Shown here one piece after another: positions 1 through 13,114 of a stretch of 64,000 nucleotides of DNA (positions within the stretch are counted from its first letter, which is position 1; each line of letters opens with the position of its first letter). Location of the stretch: the NCBI GenBank assembly GCA_964016885.1, contig OZ024740.1, positions 14,136,001 through 14,200,000 of the forward strand. Direction: 5' to 3'. The notes beneath the pieces were generated by a model. That model was given only the letters and a program-made list of their open reading frames with translations, did no database searches and had not been told where the DNA came from. Position numbers and translations under genes: made by a program. The stretch is from Eledone cirrhosa. Its lineage: Eukaryota.

Positions 1-501
1 TATAATATTGTTATTATAATGTTATTATAATGTTTTTATATTGTTTATGCACACTGACAGGGAATTATATATTATATTTTATTTTTATTTTTATCTTTAT
101 TATATTATACTGTAAACAATATATATATATTTAAATACTTAATAAGTGTTAGTTTGTGTTTGTACTAATGTATATATGTATATATATATATATATATACA
201 TATATTAAGCTTTTTATTATCACCATATATTATATTATATTATATTCTATATCGTACTGTAATTCTCGCATTATATTACCATTTGTGTTTCAAGTTTTTG
301 CATTATACAATATTTACAATGTGGGTTCAACATGTTAATCACTTCCTTGCTATTTGGTCTATATCTATGTTTGTAACTGCTCACTCTTAATCTTAGCCTA
401 CTTTTCCTTGATATCTTTCCTAAGCTTTAATAGATGTATACTCGATATTCTTCTGAGTTTTTGGCTTGTATTGGCCGATAGTGCTTCTTGTAGCTTTACT
501 T

Positions 502-539
502 GCCCTGATGAGTCCTTAATAGGACGAAACATTGTTGGC
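502..539 (+). ncRNA. Minimal type I hammerhead ribozyme (PLE pLTR type)
   Basis: GCC-CTGATGA-GTCCT(TAAT)AGGAC-GAAA-C(ATT)G-TT-GGC. Intact core, 5-bp stem II, stem I GCC/GGC, AATAAA directly downstream at 541. Confidence 0.8.
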
Positions 540-614
540 TAATAAAGACTTTTGATGTATTGAAGGCTTCTTTGGTTTATTTTTTATATATATATATATA
601 CTTCGTATTTTAAT

Positions 615-1006
615 TTGTTTTACAAGATGTCTTATCTGAAAACGTGTGTTAAAACAGATATTGTTATACTTTGGTAGAGTCATGCTGCCAATAATGATTT
701 TCACTTCAATTTATTATAAGTTTCAGGTTGGCTGGTTGGTTCAATAACCGGATGGTTGTTTATATATTGTCAAAGCTTTTTCGTCACACATTCTGTAACC
801 GCCTCAGTGACTGATTTCTTATTTAGTGTCTCTTTTTTGTTGTATCCCACACCACTTGAAAAGGTCACAGAATGTGTAACGAAAGAACTTTGACAATACA
901 TAAACAACCATCCGGTTATTGAATCAACCAACAGGAGATTTATAATAAATTGAAGCAAAAACTAAGAGATATGTGTTTTTATTGGCACCATGACTCTCCC
1001 AAACTC
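615..1006. repeat. Fold-back copy of a PLE terminal-repeat family (related copies at ~7650-7890, 27740-27970, 50130-50330, 57000-57240)
   Basis: ~670-800 is the imperfect reverse complement of ~865-1005 and is bounded by TA runs. The same sequence lies downstream of the GIY-YIG ORFs at 7058 and 57442. Confidence 0.7.
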
Positions 1007-1011
1007 TATAT

Positions 1012-1915
1012 ATAGTAGCAATGGTACCCGGCGTTGCACGGGGTAAGGTATTTTGGAACGCGGGCCGCCAATAGACCTAAAAACTGCATGCCTGAACAAT
1101 ATGTAAAGAAAATAAACCGAATACTCTGATGACTGGATAATCTTTAAGATTTTCCTCGATGAAGCAGGAAAAATGCAGGTTTTCACCTAATGCGGGCCCT
1201 AGGGGATCAAGAAAATGAATTTTTTTTATGTGCATAATATGCCTTGAAATTTCGGGAAAATCAGCTAGACGTAACGCCTCCAAAAAGCCCTAAGAAGCAG
1301 AAAAAATGAACTTTTTCACCTAATGCGGGCCCTAGGCCATAAGAAAGTTGGATTTTCTTTGCTTACGGTATGAAGAAGAGACTGACTAATACATAGTTAC
1401 AATTTCAAGGAAATCGGTCTGACGTAACGCCTCAAAAAACCCCTAAAAATGTTAAACAACGTAGTTTTTAACCTAAAGCGGGCCCTAGGAGATAAAAAAA
1501 AAAGTTGAATTCACTCCCTGAAACATAAGTAATACACATGTAAAGTTTGAAAAAAATCGGCTGGGTACTTCTCGAGTTTTAGGGATTCAAACTCACACAC
1601 ACACACACACACACAGACATCCTCAGGGAAGTGACGTAATGCAGACAGTCAGACATACAGACAGATATTATAAGGGCCGTACGTTATAAGTATGTATCTA
1701 TCTAAAAAGAGAAAGACTAAGAATTGTAGAGCGAGGTCGCTAAATCACCTGGGGCATATAAAATTTGAAATTCTTTTTGCTCAGAACACTCACTGAAACA
1801 TAAGTATTACATGTGTAAAGTTTGAAAACAGTCGGTTAGGTGTTTCTCGAGTTTTAGGGATTCGAACTCACACACACACAGACAGACATCCTCAGTTTTA
1901 TATATATATATATAT
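1012..1915 (+). mobile_element. Non-autonomous Helentron/HINE (DINE-1-like) element
   Basis: Starts TAGTAGCAAATGGTACCCGGCGTTGCACGGG (hairpin), has internal ~135-bp tandem repeats, and ends ACAGACAGACATCCTCAGTTTTATATATA. This matches the HINE layout; no ORF. Confidence 0.5.
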
Positions 1916-1916
1916 A

Positions 1917-2709
1917 TTGTGTGTGTGTGTATGTGTGTATATGTGTGTGTGTGTGAGTAAGTATAGTTGTATGTAAATATGTGTGTATGTTATGTGTGTA
2001 TATGTGTGGTGTGTGTGTAAGTATGGTATGTGTGTGTGTGTGTGTGTATGTGTATGGTGTGTGTGTAAGAATGGTATGTGTGTGTGTGTGTATATGTGTG
2101 TGTGTATGGTATGTGTGTATATGTGTGTGTGGTGTGTGTATAAGTATGGTATGTGTGTGTATATGTGTGTATGGTATGTGTGTATATGTGTGTGTGGTGT
2201 GTGTGTAAGTATGATATGTGTGTGTGTATATGTGTGTATGGTATGCGTGTATATGTGTGTGTGTTGTATCTCATGCAACATATCTGTATGTGTTGTGTAT
2301 TAATAAAGTATGAATTCCTACATGTAAAAAATACATATAGGGAAACAAGTATTGTCCAACCGTATGGCATATGGTTCTATGGCGGGTTAATAAATTAACA
2401 AGCCAGAACATATAAAATCAAGATCTAGACACCACCACCAAAACAGACACCACCACTCCAGGCATCACCACTCCATACACCACCACTCCAGACACCACCA
2501 CTCCAGGCACCACCACGACCACGGAAATCCGCTTGGATTTTCCGTTTATTGTGGAGCATGAAACCGAGGTAAAGGCACATATAGTAAGTACTGCGAATTT
2601 TTGAAAATGTATTTTAGAACATTTTCTCTATTTGCTACACATTGATTTTATGTGTTGTGTATTATATAGATATCTGAAGTGTGTGTGTATGGTGTGTGTG
2701 TGTGTGTGT

Positions 2710-2766
<57 letters not shown>

Positions 2767-3292
2767 GTATGTGTGTATATCTGTATGTGTTGTGTATTAT
2801 ATAGATATCTGAAGTGTGTGTGTATGGTATGTGTGTGTGTGTGTGTGTGTGTGTATGGTATGTGTGTATATCTGTATGTGTTGTGTATTATATAGATATC
2901 TGAAGTGTGTGTGTATGGTATGTGTGTGTGTGTGTGTGTATGGTATGTGTGTATGGTATGTGTGTATATCTGTATGTGTTGTGTATTATATAGATATCTG
3001 AAGTGTGTGTGTATGGTGTGTGTGTGTGTGTGTGTATGGTATGTGTGTGTGTGTGTGTGTGTGTGTGAATGTGTGTGTGTGTGTGTGTATGGTATGTGTG
3101 TGTGTGTATGGTATGTGTGTGTGTGTGTGTGTGTGTATGGTATGTGTGTATATCTGTATGTGTATGGTATGTGTGTGTGTGAGTGTGTGTGGGTGTGTGT
3201 GTGTGTATGGTATGTGTGTATATCTGTATGTGTGTGTATTATATAGATATCTGAAGTGTGTGTGTATGGTATGTGTGTGTGTGTGTATGGTA

Positions 3293-3331
<39 letters not shown>

Positions 3332-5500
3332 ATGGTATGTGTGTGTGTGTATGGTATGTGTGTGTGTGTGTGTGTGTGTGTCTGTGTGTATGTGTGTATG
3401 GTATGTGTGTGTGTGTGTATGGGATATGTGTGTGTGTGTGTGTATGGTATGTGTGTATATCTGTATGTGTTGTGTATTATATAGATATGTGAAGTGTGTG
3501 TGTATGGTATGTGTGCGTGTGTGTGTATGGTATGTGTGTGTGTGTGTGTGTATGTGTGTATGATATGTGTGTGTGTGTATGGTATGTGTGTATATCTGTA
3601 TGTGTTGTGTATTATATAGATATGTGAAGTGTGTGTGTATGGTATGTGTGTGTGTGTGGTATGTGTGTATATCTGTATGTGTTGTGTATTATATAGATAT
3701 CTGAAGTGTGTGTGTATGGTATGTGTGTGTGTGTGTATGGTATGTGTGTGTGCGTGTGTGTATGGTATGTGTGTATATCTGTATGTGTATGGTATGTGTG
3801 TGTGTGAGTGTGTGAGTGTGTGTGTGTGTGTGTGTGTGTATGGTATGTGTGTATATCTGTATGTGTTGTGTATTATATAGATATCTGAAGTGTGTGTGTA
3901 TGGTATGTGTGTGTGTGTGTGTATGGTATGTGTGTATATCTGTATGTGTTGTGTATTATATAGATATCTGAAGTGTGTGTGTGTATGGTATGTGTGTGTG
4001 TGTGTGTGTATGGTATGTGTGTATATCTGTATGTGTATGGTATGTGTGTGTGTGAGTGTGTGAGTGTGTGTGTGTGTGTGTGTGTATGGTATGTGTGTAT
4101 ATCTGTATGTGTTGTGTATTATATAGATATCTGAAGTGTGTGTGTATGGTATGTGTGTGTGTGTGTGTATGGTATGTGTGTGTGTGTGTGTGTGTGTGTA
4201 TGGTATGTGTGTGCGTGTGTGTGTGTGGTATGTGTGTATATCTGAATGTGTTGTGTATTATATAGATATGTGAAGTGTGTGTGTATGGTATGTGTGTGTG
4301 TGTGTGTATGGTATGTGTGTGTGTGTGTGTATGGTATGTGTGTGTGTGTATGATATGTGTGTGTGTGTGTGTACGGTATAGTATGTGTGTGTGTGTGTAT
4401 GGTATGTGTGTGTGTGTGTGTGTGTATGGTATATCTGTATGTGTTGTGTATTATATAGATATGTGAAGTGTGTGTGTATGGTATGTGTGTGTGTGTGTAT
4501 GGTATGTGTGTATATCTGTATGTGTTGTGTATTATATAGATATCTGAAGTGTGTGTGTGTGGTATGTGTGTGTGTGTGTATAGTATGTGTGTGTGTGTAT
4601 GGTATGTGTGTGTGTATTGTATGTGTGTATATCTGTATGTGTTGTGTATTATATAGATATGTGAAGTGTGTGTGTATGGTATGTGTGCGTGTGTGTGTGT
4701 ATGGTATGTGTGTGTGTGTGTGTGTGTGTATGAGATGTGTGTGTGTGTATGGTATGTGTGTATATCTGTATGTGTTGTGTATTATATAGATATGTGAAGT
4801 GTGTGTGTATGGTATGTGTGTGTGTGTGTGTGTATGTGTGTGTGTGGTATGTGTGGTATGTGTGTATATCTGTATGTGTTGTGTATTATATAGATATCTG
4901 AAGTGTGTGTGTATGGTATGTGTGTATATCTGTATGTGTTGTGTATTATATAGATATCTGAAGTGTGTGTGTATGGTATGTGTGTGTGTGTGTGTATGGT
5001 ATGTGTGTATATCTGTATGTGTTGTGTATTATATAGATATCTGAAGTGTGTGTGTATGGTATGTGTGTGTGTGTGTATGGTATGTGTGTATATCTGTATG
5101 CGTGTGTGTATTATATAGATATCTGAAGTGTGTGTGTATGGTATGTGTGTGTGTGTGTATGGTATGTGTGTATATCTGTATGTGTGTGTGTATTATATAG
5201 ATATGTGAAGTGTGTGTGTATGGTATGTGTGTGTATGGTATGTGTGTATATCTGTATGTGTTGTGTATTATATAGATATGTGAAGTGTGTGTGTATGGTA
5301 TGTGTGTGTGTGTGTATGGTATGTGTGTATATCTGTATGTGTTGTGTATTATATAGATATGTGAAGTGTGTGTGTATGGTATGTGTGTATATCTGTATGT
5401 GTTGTGTATTATATAGATATGTGAAGTGTGTGTGTATGGTATGTGTGTGTGTGTGTATGGTATGTGTTGTGTATTATATAGATATGTGAAGTGTGTGGTG
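1917..5500. repeat. Compound (TG)n-based satellite with recurring ~45-bp core (ATATCTGTATGTGTTGTGTATTATATAGATATCTGAAG)
   Basis: The core recurs dozens of times, separated by (TG)n/TATGGTA spacers. ORFs here are spurious C/V/Y repeats. Confidence 0.95.
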
Positions 5501-5559
5501 TAAAGCAAGGTCAGAAGACTGAACTATAGTAAAACTTGTTTTACTGTTGGGTTAGGTGA

Positions 5560-5960
5560 AGATGTCTGGTGTGGTGGTGTATGGAGTGGTGGTGGTGGTG
5601 TCTGGTGTGGTGGTGTATGGAGTGGTGGTGGTGGTGGTGTCTGGTGTGGTGCTGTATGGAGTGATGGTGTCTGGAGTGGTGGTGTCGGGAATGGTGGTGT
5701 ATGTAGTGGTGGTGGTGGTGCCTGGAGTGGTGGTGTCTAGAGTGGTGGTGGTGGTGTCTGGAGTGGTGGTGGTGGTGTGGTGGTGGCCTCTGGTCGTGGT
5801 GGTGTGGTGGTGGGGGTGTATAGTACTGCTGCTGCTGCTACTACTACTGCTACTGCTGCTGCTACTGTTGCTGCTACTGTTGCTGCTACTACTGCTACTG
5901 CTACTGCTGCTACTGCTGCTGCTGCTACTGCTACTGCTACTGCTACTGCTGTTGATGATT
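5560..5960. repeat. (GGT)n-derived minisatellite followed by (CTA/CTG)n
   Basis: Seen directly. An inverted partial copy of the same unit is at 2428-2520. Confidence 0.95.
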
Positions 5961-5984
5961 ATGATGGTGGAGTTGTGATGATGC

Positions 5985-6105
5985 GGGGATCTGAGTTCAA
6001 ATCCCGCCGAGGTTAATTTGCCTTTCATCCCTACGGGGTCGATAAAATAAAGTACCAGTAATGCACTGGATAATTGCTGGCCTTGTGCCAAAATTTATAA
6101 CAATT
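5985..6105 (+). mobile_element. 5'-truncated tRNA-derived SINE (cephalopod-type)
   Basis: B-box GTTCAAATCC followed by GCCTTTCATCC..GGGGTCGATAAAATAAAGTACCAG and an (ATT)n tail. Same family as 45643. Confidence 0.85.
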
Positions 6106-6240
6106 ATTATTATTATTATATATGTTAGTATTGTTTTGTCGTATATTACCAACAGTAGTTAGTAATGTATTGTTCTGTAGAGCGTCCATTGATTGTGTCA
6201 GCCAGGAAAAAGATGGAACAGAAAAACTGAATAATTACTT

Positions 6241-6316
6241 ATTATTCTGTCTGATGACCGATCCTGGCGTATATTATTATTGTCTGGGATCCAGAAACCT
6301 TTGGTAATGGAGTAGT
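6241..6316 (+). ncRNA. Type I hammerhead ribozyme motif
   Basis: ATTATTCTGT-CTGATGA-[GATCC..GGATC stem II]-GAAA-CC(TTT)GG-TA-ATGGAGTAGT. Stem I pairs over 10 nt with G-U wobbles. Confidence 0.65.
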
Positions 6317-6435
6317 TATATTCTGTGTTGTTCACTTTCTAATTAAATAGCTCTGTTCTATACATAGAGCACTCTTTTTTCCTTTGCTTCTCCTTCGGAA
6401 TTACCTAACACATAATTACTTATATATAAAATAAT

Positions 6436-6638
6436 GTTTTCTGATTTTGTAACAAGGCTAACAAGTCTAGGAGACGGCACGTTACATTACTGGTACTTTA
6501 TATTATCGATCCCGTAAGGATGAAAGGCAAAGCTAACCTCGACCAGATTTGAACTCAGAACGTAAAGGACCTTAACTCTATGCCATTAAACATGTTGTCC
6601 AACGCTCTACCAATTCTGGATTCTGCCAATCTACTGCC
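6436..6638 (-). mobile_element. tRNA-derived SINE, diverged
   Basis: Reverse complement carries GTTCTGAGTTCAAAT and GCCTTTCATCCTTACGGGATCGATAA. Confidence 0.8.
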
Positions 6639-7119
6639 CTGTATTACTTTAAATATAAAGTAATACTATATATAAAGAGGAAGGTATGGTATAGTGTCGG
6701 CCAGAGGAAATGTTCTTCTATAACTTCGCCTGTTTCTAACTCTGGTAAAGTCTTCTTTCTGTCCAATGTATTGGTTTCTTCCAATGAAACCCTGACAGCA
6801 GGAATCTCCGATCGAATGAAATACAATCTTATATTTTGGTAAACAGAGCTTTCTCTATGAAGGAATACCTCCGCGGTACAATATCACTGCTTGCCATAGG
6901 TGCTATTTTTCCTAGTTATGCTTCTGGGCAGGGGTACAATACCACTGCTTGCCATAGGGGCTATTTTCCATAGTTTTGGCTCTGACCGTAAATAATAGCA
7001 AAACAGGAATCTCGAAAATAAAATCAACACAAAGATGCAGCTTTCGTGAAATGAACTATGGAAACTACCAGGAATAAACTGTCAAAGAAGTTGCTGTCAT
7101 GTTTCTGCAGAAACATGAC

Positions 7120-7882
7120 AACAACATCCATAGGCGAGACAGCTCGTAGCATAGGTGAAAGGATAGACCAACACTGGAGGGAACTAAAAGGACGAAAAAA
7201 CGGTTCAGTACTATACGAACATGCCAGACAACAACACGACGGTAACATAGACCACATAGAAATTAGAATAATGACCCAGCAGATAGGCAAATCAGAGAGG
7301 CCAGTGAAATAGAACTTAGAAGGCCAAGGCTAAACAGAAAAAATGAAGGGAATAACAACAACACCCAAACAAACAACACTGACCTAAGAGAAGTATAAAT
7401 AAATAAATAAATACATACACACGCACAATAACAACAAACACATATAAACACACACTAGTAAAGATAGAATACATTAACCAATACACAGTCACCCAAACAC
7501 GAACACACATCAAACAAAACGCTATACACACACGCAAACGCATGCGCAAAGAAGACAAAAAATAAACAAATAAATAAATATATAAACACTAAATATAAAT
7601 AAAAATGGCGTAATCATACAATGCAACGGGAGGAAACAATAGCACCACTGACGATGTTGCAGATGTGCAACGAAAGAATTTTGATAGACTATATATATGT
7701 GTTTGTGTCTATATTGTATCTGTATTTTTGACCGTTGGTCAGTCAATGGCAACATTGAGGACCGAATAAATTAAATTAACCGATATAAAGGACACAGAAG
7801 CGAAAAAAGCGAAAACCAACCAAACAGTGTGTTCTGTTATTAATTCTGGCAATATTACACAAATATGACCCTCCCCAAGTAT

Positions 7883-7890
<8 letters not shown>
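7120..7890 (+). mobile_element. PLE 3' fragment (GIY-YIG C-terminus plus terminal repeat)
   Basis: IGETARSIGERIDQHWRELKGRKNGSVLYEHA closely matches the 57442 ORF. Ends at (TA)n. Confidence 0.8.
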
Positions 7891-7956
<66 letters not shown>

Positions 7957-8642
7957 ACTAGAAATAGGCTTATATATATATAACGTGTCTAGGGTGGCAA
8001 GAGTTGAAGGGGAGATATTGCTTGGAGTCTGTGGGCTTGTAGTATATGTCTGTTTCTATTTTTTTGTTATGGATCTTAATGAGGATGTCGAGGAAGGTGA
8101 GTTGTTGATATATAATCACAGGGAATAATTGTAGAGCTAACCCAGTTGAATGGACTCGGCTGCTATTTCTAGCTGTCGATAATCCTATTCACGCCACTGG
8201 GATGACGCTGTGCGATGTGTGTATTTTTTAAAAATGCAACACGTGGTTCGAGTCATTCACAGATTTGCATTTGCTTTGTAAATGCAGATAGTTGGATCTT
8301 CTCCTTTGGTGACCATCCAGGATTTGACTACTGTGATTTACTGATTAATTGGTGAAATATATTTTTTATTTAAAGAAATATATACAAAGGAGATTAATCA
8401 TCTTAAAAGGTATTTATATTTGAAGTTCTAGTTAAACTTTAATTGGTTACCTACCTAGCTATGTGTGCTTACATACTTTACAAATTCTTCCGTGATTCTT
8501 CCATATGTTTATTTTATATACATATGTCAATCTATTTCTAATTGATATAAAATGCTCGGATCTATTCATTGGAATCTTTGAGCTTATTCTGCAGTGGATA
8601 TGGCGCATGTCTCTCAGACATGACAACCCTTAATTTAATTTT

Positions 8643-8689
<47 letters not shown>

Positions 8690-8696
8690 ATGTATG

Positions 8697-8792
8697 ACCC
8701 CGACGGCAGAGCTGAAGCCGTTTCGACGGCTATTTCTGGACTAAATTAGAATTTTTAGCCTGGTGAATAAATAGCCGAACTTGTCAAGGGGT
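8697..8792 (-). ncRNA. Type I hammerhead ribozyme, U3:A8 core variant with extended stem III
   Basis: Reverse complement: ACCCC-TTGACAA-G..CGGCTATTT..AAATAGCCG.C-GAAA-CGGC(TTCAGCTCT)GCCG-TC-GGGGT. Confidence 0.7.
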
Positions 8793-9499
8793 ACTTCCTT
8801 ATATGGGAAGATTGTAGTTGTGAAGAGGATTGGTTAAAATTTGTTGTAAACAAATAACTCTATCATGGCATTTGGTGGGAGGTAGGGGTGGCTGAACTTG
8901 CCTGTAGAACAATAGGGGGGTGAGTGGAGCCGGTCAAGCATTGAAAGTGATATGTATACAGCAGATTCTAAGGATAGTGTATGAAATGGAGGAGGGAGGT
9001 TATAGAATAGATAATTCGAATGAGAGTAGGAAACAATAAAAGATAATAGAAATAAATAAAAAAAAATATATAAAATTAGATAGTGAGTATGAATAAAAAA
9101 AAATCACAATGCTATCTTACAATTACAGGTTAAAAAGTTGAGAATAGAAAAAAATTGTAGAAATGGAATAGTAACAAAAATGATACAAAATTAAAGGGGC
9201 CTAACACATCTACTATAAGTAGTTAGTAAAACGTATTCGGCCAATTCCATCTTAAAATTACAGGGGTGGGGGAACTGATGCTACAGAGGCCCAATCGGCT
9301 GCATCGGGGTAGGCGAAAGGGGAAAAGCAGACGAGGAAGAAAATAGGGGGTGGAAGGAAGTGATAGGATGAGACAGGGGGAAGTAGACATAGAGGAAAAG
9401 AAAAGAGATACATCTACCTATGTAAGTTGGGGTTTCCTCTAACTTATTCGACAAGTGTGTGTGTGGGGGGGGGGGTATCAGCCCTTGTCTACCCACCCA

Positions 9500-10050
9500 T
9501 GTCGGCTCCTCGAAAAACACTTCCCACTACAACACCGCTACCACAACACAATAAACAAAAAAACCATCAAACTCTCCTACTGCACCACACCTAACTTCGC
9601 ACAAAACATCGTCTCCTCAAACAACAAAAAACTCAACCCCTATGGAAGAAACAACCTAGACATCAGTAGAGAGCCGACCAGGAGGTGTAACTGCCATGAT
9701 AGATCTACGTGCCCCGCAACAACAAATGCCGAGAACGTAACGTGATCTACAAGTGCAACCTGAGGACGGACACCTCCAACAAAGCTTATGTAGGATCAAC
9801 CGCTTGTGACTTTAAGACCCGGCTCTACCAACACCGACATACTTTCCGAAATCCGGTCCGGCGACATGCCATTACACTTTCGGGCCACATCTGCGATCTC
9901 CAAGATAATAATATAACCTACTTACTGTCCAGAGCTAACTTTTACACGGGAGGACGCCGTCCGTGTAACATATGCTCGGAGGAAACATTACAAATGCTGT
10001 TTTCGATAGACCAACTCCTAAACAAGAAAGACGAACTGATAACCAAGTTA
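9500..10050 (+). mobile_element. Naiad-type PLE fragment (GIY-YIG endonuclease, frameshifted)
   Basis: LLEKHFP..YHNTINKKTIKLSYCTTPN, CNC..C, VIYKC..AYVGST..FKTRLYQH, CNIC.EE, LLNKKDE. Confidence 0.85.
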
Positions 10051-10723
10051 GCTAGATTGAAAAATATTAATTGAAATAATACGGTTTGCCTGTCTCGATT
10101 TAAAATAATAAATCAATAAAAACAAACCTATATTGGCAATAGCGAATTAGTATTTTTCAATCTAGCTAACTTGGTCATTTGCAATGCAAACACATGTATA
10201 CCTGTATCAGTTTTTATCCCTATCATATATTCATTTGTATTACACGGCTCAGAAATATTCCTTTCTTTGAGGTATTTAATTGTAAAAGACTATTTGAGTT
10301 TATAACTCTATATATAATATTCTCGGCTCCATACGTGAGCTAATTTTTAGTCCCATAAAACCGGCTGCTATTTTTAGCAGCACGAGTATGGAACGTGCTA
10401 GGCGCTGCGACAAATGTGCATTCAACAACACATTTCTCTCAGTCTTCTTAAGTATTTTGAAGTGAAACTTACCACTTTCTAGATACTTGCAGAAGAGCAC
10501 AGGAATAGGAACTTTCACTTAATTGTTGCGAAACAAATTTAAAATTTGTCCACATATCACGGCTATTGCCGATATAGGTTTGTTTTTATTGATTTATTAT
10601 TTTAAATCGAGACAGGCAAACCGTATTATTTTAAGTAGTATTTTTCAATCTAGCTAACTTGGTCATTTGCAATGCAAACACATGTACACTTGTATCAGTG
10701 TTTATCCCTATCATATATTCATT

Positions 10724-10727
<4 letters not shown>
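10043..10727. repeat. Combined inverted plus direct duplication
   Basis: 10043-10143 is the reverse complement of ~10562-10665. 10149-10240 is a direct copy of 10637-10727. Ends in (TA)n. Confidence 0.8.
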
Positions 10728-10790
<63 letters not shown>

Positions 10791-10987
10791 CACACACACA
10801 CACATGTATACCTATGTAACATGAAATATAATTACCCATATCTACAGGATTTATTTAGCTGACAAAAAAATATATTTTCTCGCATGTTTCTTTCCCTTTT
10901 ACAACATGAATGAACATGAATGAACGAAGCATATGGTGTATGTATGTATGTATGTATGTATGTATGTATGTATGTATGTATGTATGT

Positions 10988-11620
10988 TCTTCTGGTTTTA
11001 TAATTTCACAAAGTTTTACCAATAGAGAGAGAGTCGGTTTCTAACATAGACACAAGACTCTCTCATTGGAATTTACACATCAACTAGGTAGATATGTATG
11101 TATGTCTGCATGCATGCATGTGTAGATATGGATGTTATTTTATGTGTGGATGTGTATGTTTTGAGTTGTATGTGTGCATGTGTATATGCTTTGTATCTGT
11201 ACAAGTGTATATGCAGTTATTAGATGCAACATTTTTGGAATGTTTTACATATTTTTACTGTTCCATTAGTGGATCGTACTTGTAATTTCCTAACTAGTTG
11301 TGTTCTTTCTGTTCCTGTGAAGCCTAGCTTCTCAAGATTTGTATTGAGGCAGTTACTAACATATCCCAGTGCCCCAATAATCACAGGCATAAATCTAAAG
11401 GTGTAATCAGGGTGGAGTATCTGCAGATTTCTCATCAGTTCTGCATAAATATTCTCCTTTTCACTAATCTTTGATATTATATTGGCATCTGCTGGGCAGC
11501 TAATTTCCACTACTGTGCATGTTTTCTTCTCCCTGTCCCATATCATAATATCTGGTCTGTTATGCCTGCATTTTATTGGGGTTTTTACTGGAACATTCCA
11601 CCAGTACTCTTTCATATTAT
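10988..11620 (-). mobile_element. 5'-truncated R4/Dong-type non-LTR retrotransposon (REL domain plus 3' UTR)
   Basis: RHNRPDIMIWD..VVEISCP..KENIY (PD-D/ExK). Near-identical to the 3' end of the element at 13115. (ATGT)n on both sides. Confidence 0.9.
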
Positions 11621-11698
11621 GTACATGTATGTATGTATGTATGTATGTATGTATGTATGTATGTATGTATGTATGTATGTATGTATGTATGTATGTAT

Positions 11699-12300
11699 GT
11701 CAGGTCACCAGTTGGTGCTACTGGTAACATGTATCCCAGTACAACCTGTTTCGTGGTCGGGTCGTTGGCGACTAAACTGGCAACCCCACAAAAGGTTTCT
11801 TGGTGAGGAGGGTGACTTTGGACATCCTGCAGGACTAAAATCAAAACCTGTCAAAGGGCAAAGGAGCTCTTAAGGATCAATGGCCATCCAAAATCACCGG
11901 GAGAGATGACCCCTTAGCCTTTATCAAAGCATAATTCTAGAAGGAAAACTCTGATATAAAACCTGCAACCCTGATGGTATCCAATGATGTTGACTTGTTC
12001 TTCTTTTTGGTAAATATCATCTTGGTTAAGAGTGTGGGACTGGCTTTGTGCAGTGCCTTTGCTCACTATAAAAGCTTCACGGCACAGGCATTGCTTTATA
12101 TCTGGAGATCTCTCTGCACTTGTCGTCACATGGTACCATGGGCCCAGAACTATATGTCAATAATTGTCACAAGTGTAGTGTTTGTACCAGAGTTTTCAAG
12201 TCGCTGGCTGGACTAAAAAGTCACACTCGTTCAGCGCATCGGCAGGGGTTCTCCTACATGGATATAAAGCCGTACTCGAAAACGAGTTGGCAGCCACCAT
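11699..12300 (+). mobile_element. Non-autonomous RTE-related element, copy 1
   Basis: ~600-bp repeat with an RTE 5'UTR-like GAAGGAAAACTCTGA motif. The 3' part encodes CSVCTRVFKSLAGLKSH and ends like the RTE at 31618, then (ATGT)n. Confidence 0.8.
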
Positions 12301-12560
12301 GTATGTATATATGTATGTATGTATGAATGTATGTATGTATGTAGGTATGTATGTATGTACGTATGTGTGTGTGTATGTATGTAACTAAGTATATATGTGT
12401 GTATGTATGCATGTATGTATGTATGTGTGTATGTATGTGTGTATGTATGTATGTATGCATATTTGTATGTATGTATGTATGTATGTATGTATGTATGTAT
12501 GTATGTATGTATGTATGTATGTATGTGTGTATGTGTGTATGTGTATGTATGTATGTATAT

Positions 12561-13081
12561 GTCAGGTCACCAGTTGGTGCTACTGGTAACATGTATCCCA
12601 GTACAACCTGTCTCATGGTCGGGTCGTTGGCGACTAAACTGTCAACCCCACCAAGGTTTCTTGGTGAGGAGGGTGACTTTGGACATCCTGCAGGACTAAA
12701 AACAAAACCTGTCAAAAGGTCAAAGGGCAAAGGAGGTCTTAAGAGTCAATGGCCATCCAAAATCACCGGGAGAGATGACCCCTTAGCCTTTGTCAAGGCA
12801 GAATTCTAGGAGAAGGAAAACTCTGATATAAAACCTGCAACTCTGATGGTATCCAATGATGTTGACTTCTTTTTGGTAAATATCATCTCTGCACTTATCG
12901 TCACATGGTACCATAGGCCCAGCACTATGTGTCAATAATTGTCACAGGTGTAGTGTTTGTACCAGAGTTTTCAAGTCGCTGGCTGCATTAAAAAGTCACA
13001 CTCGTTCAGCGCTACGGTAGGGGTTCTCCTACATGGATATAAAGTAGTGGCCGTACTCGAAAACGAGTTGGCAGCCACCAT
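12561..13081 (+). mobile_element. Non-autonomous RTE-related element, copy 2 (internal deletion)
   Basis: Homologous to 11699-12300. Confidence 0.8.
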
Positions 13082-13114
13082 GTGTATGTATCTATCTATC
13101 TATGTACCTATGTA

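Noticed and set aside
2650-5500. CRISPR-like pattern (constant ~45-bp core with variable spacers)
   Set aside because: Spacers are only (TG)n length variants, the context is eukaryotic, and there are no cas genes.
1898-5508. Numerous Cys/Val/Tyr/His-rich ORFs
   Set aside because: These are translations of (TG)n/(TA)n satellites. The same applies to YI, CV and HT repeat ORFs throughout the window.
6644-6840. Possible host exon or decayed GIY-YIG (YIGQ in one minus frame)
   Set aside because: Too short and degenerate to assign.
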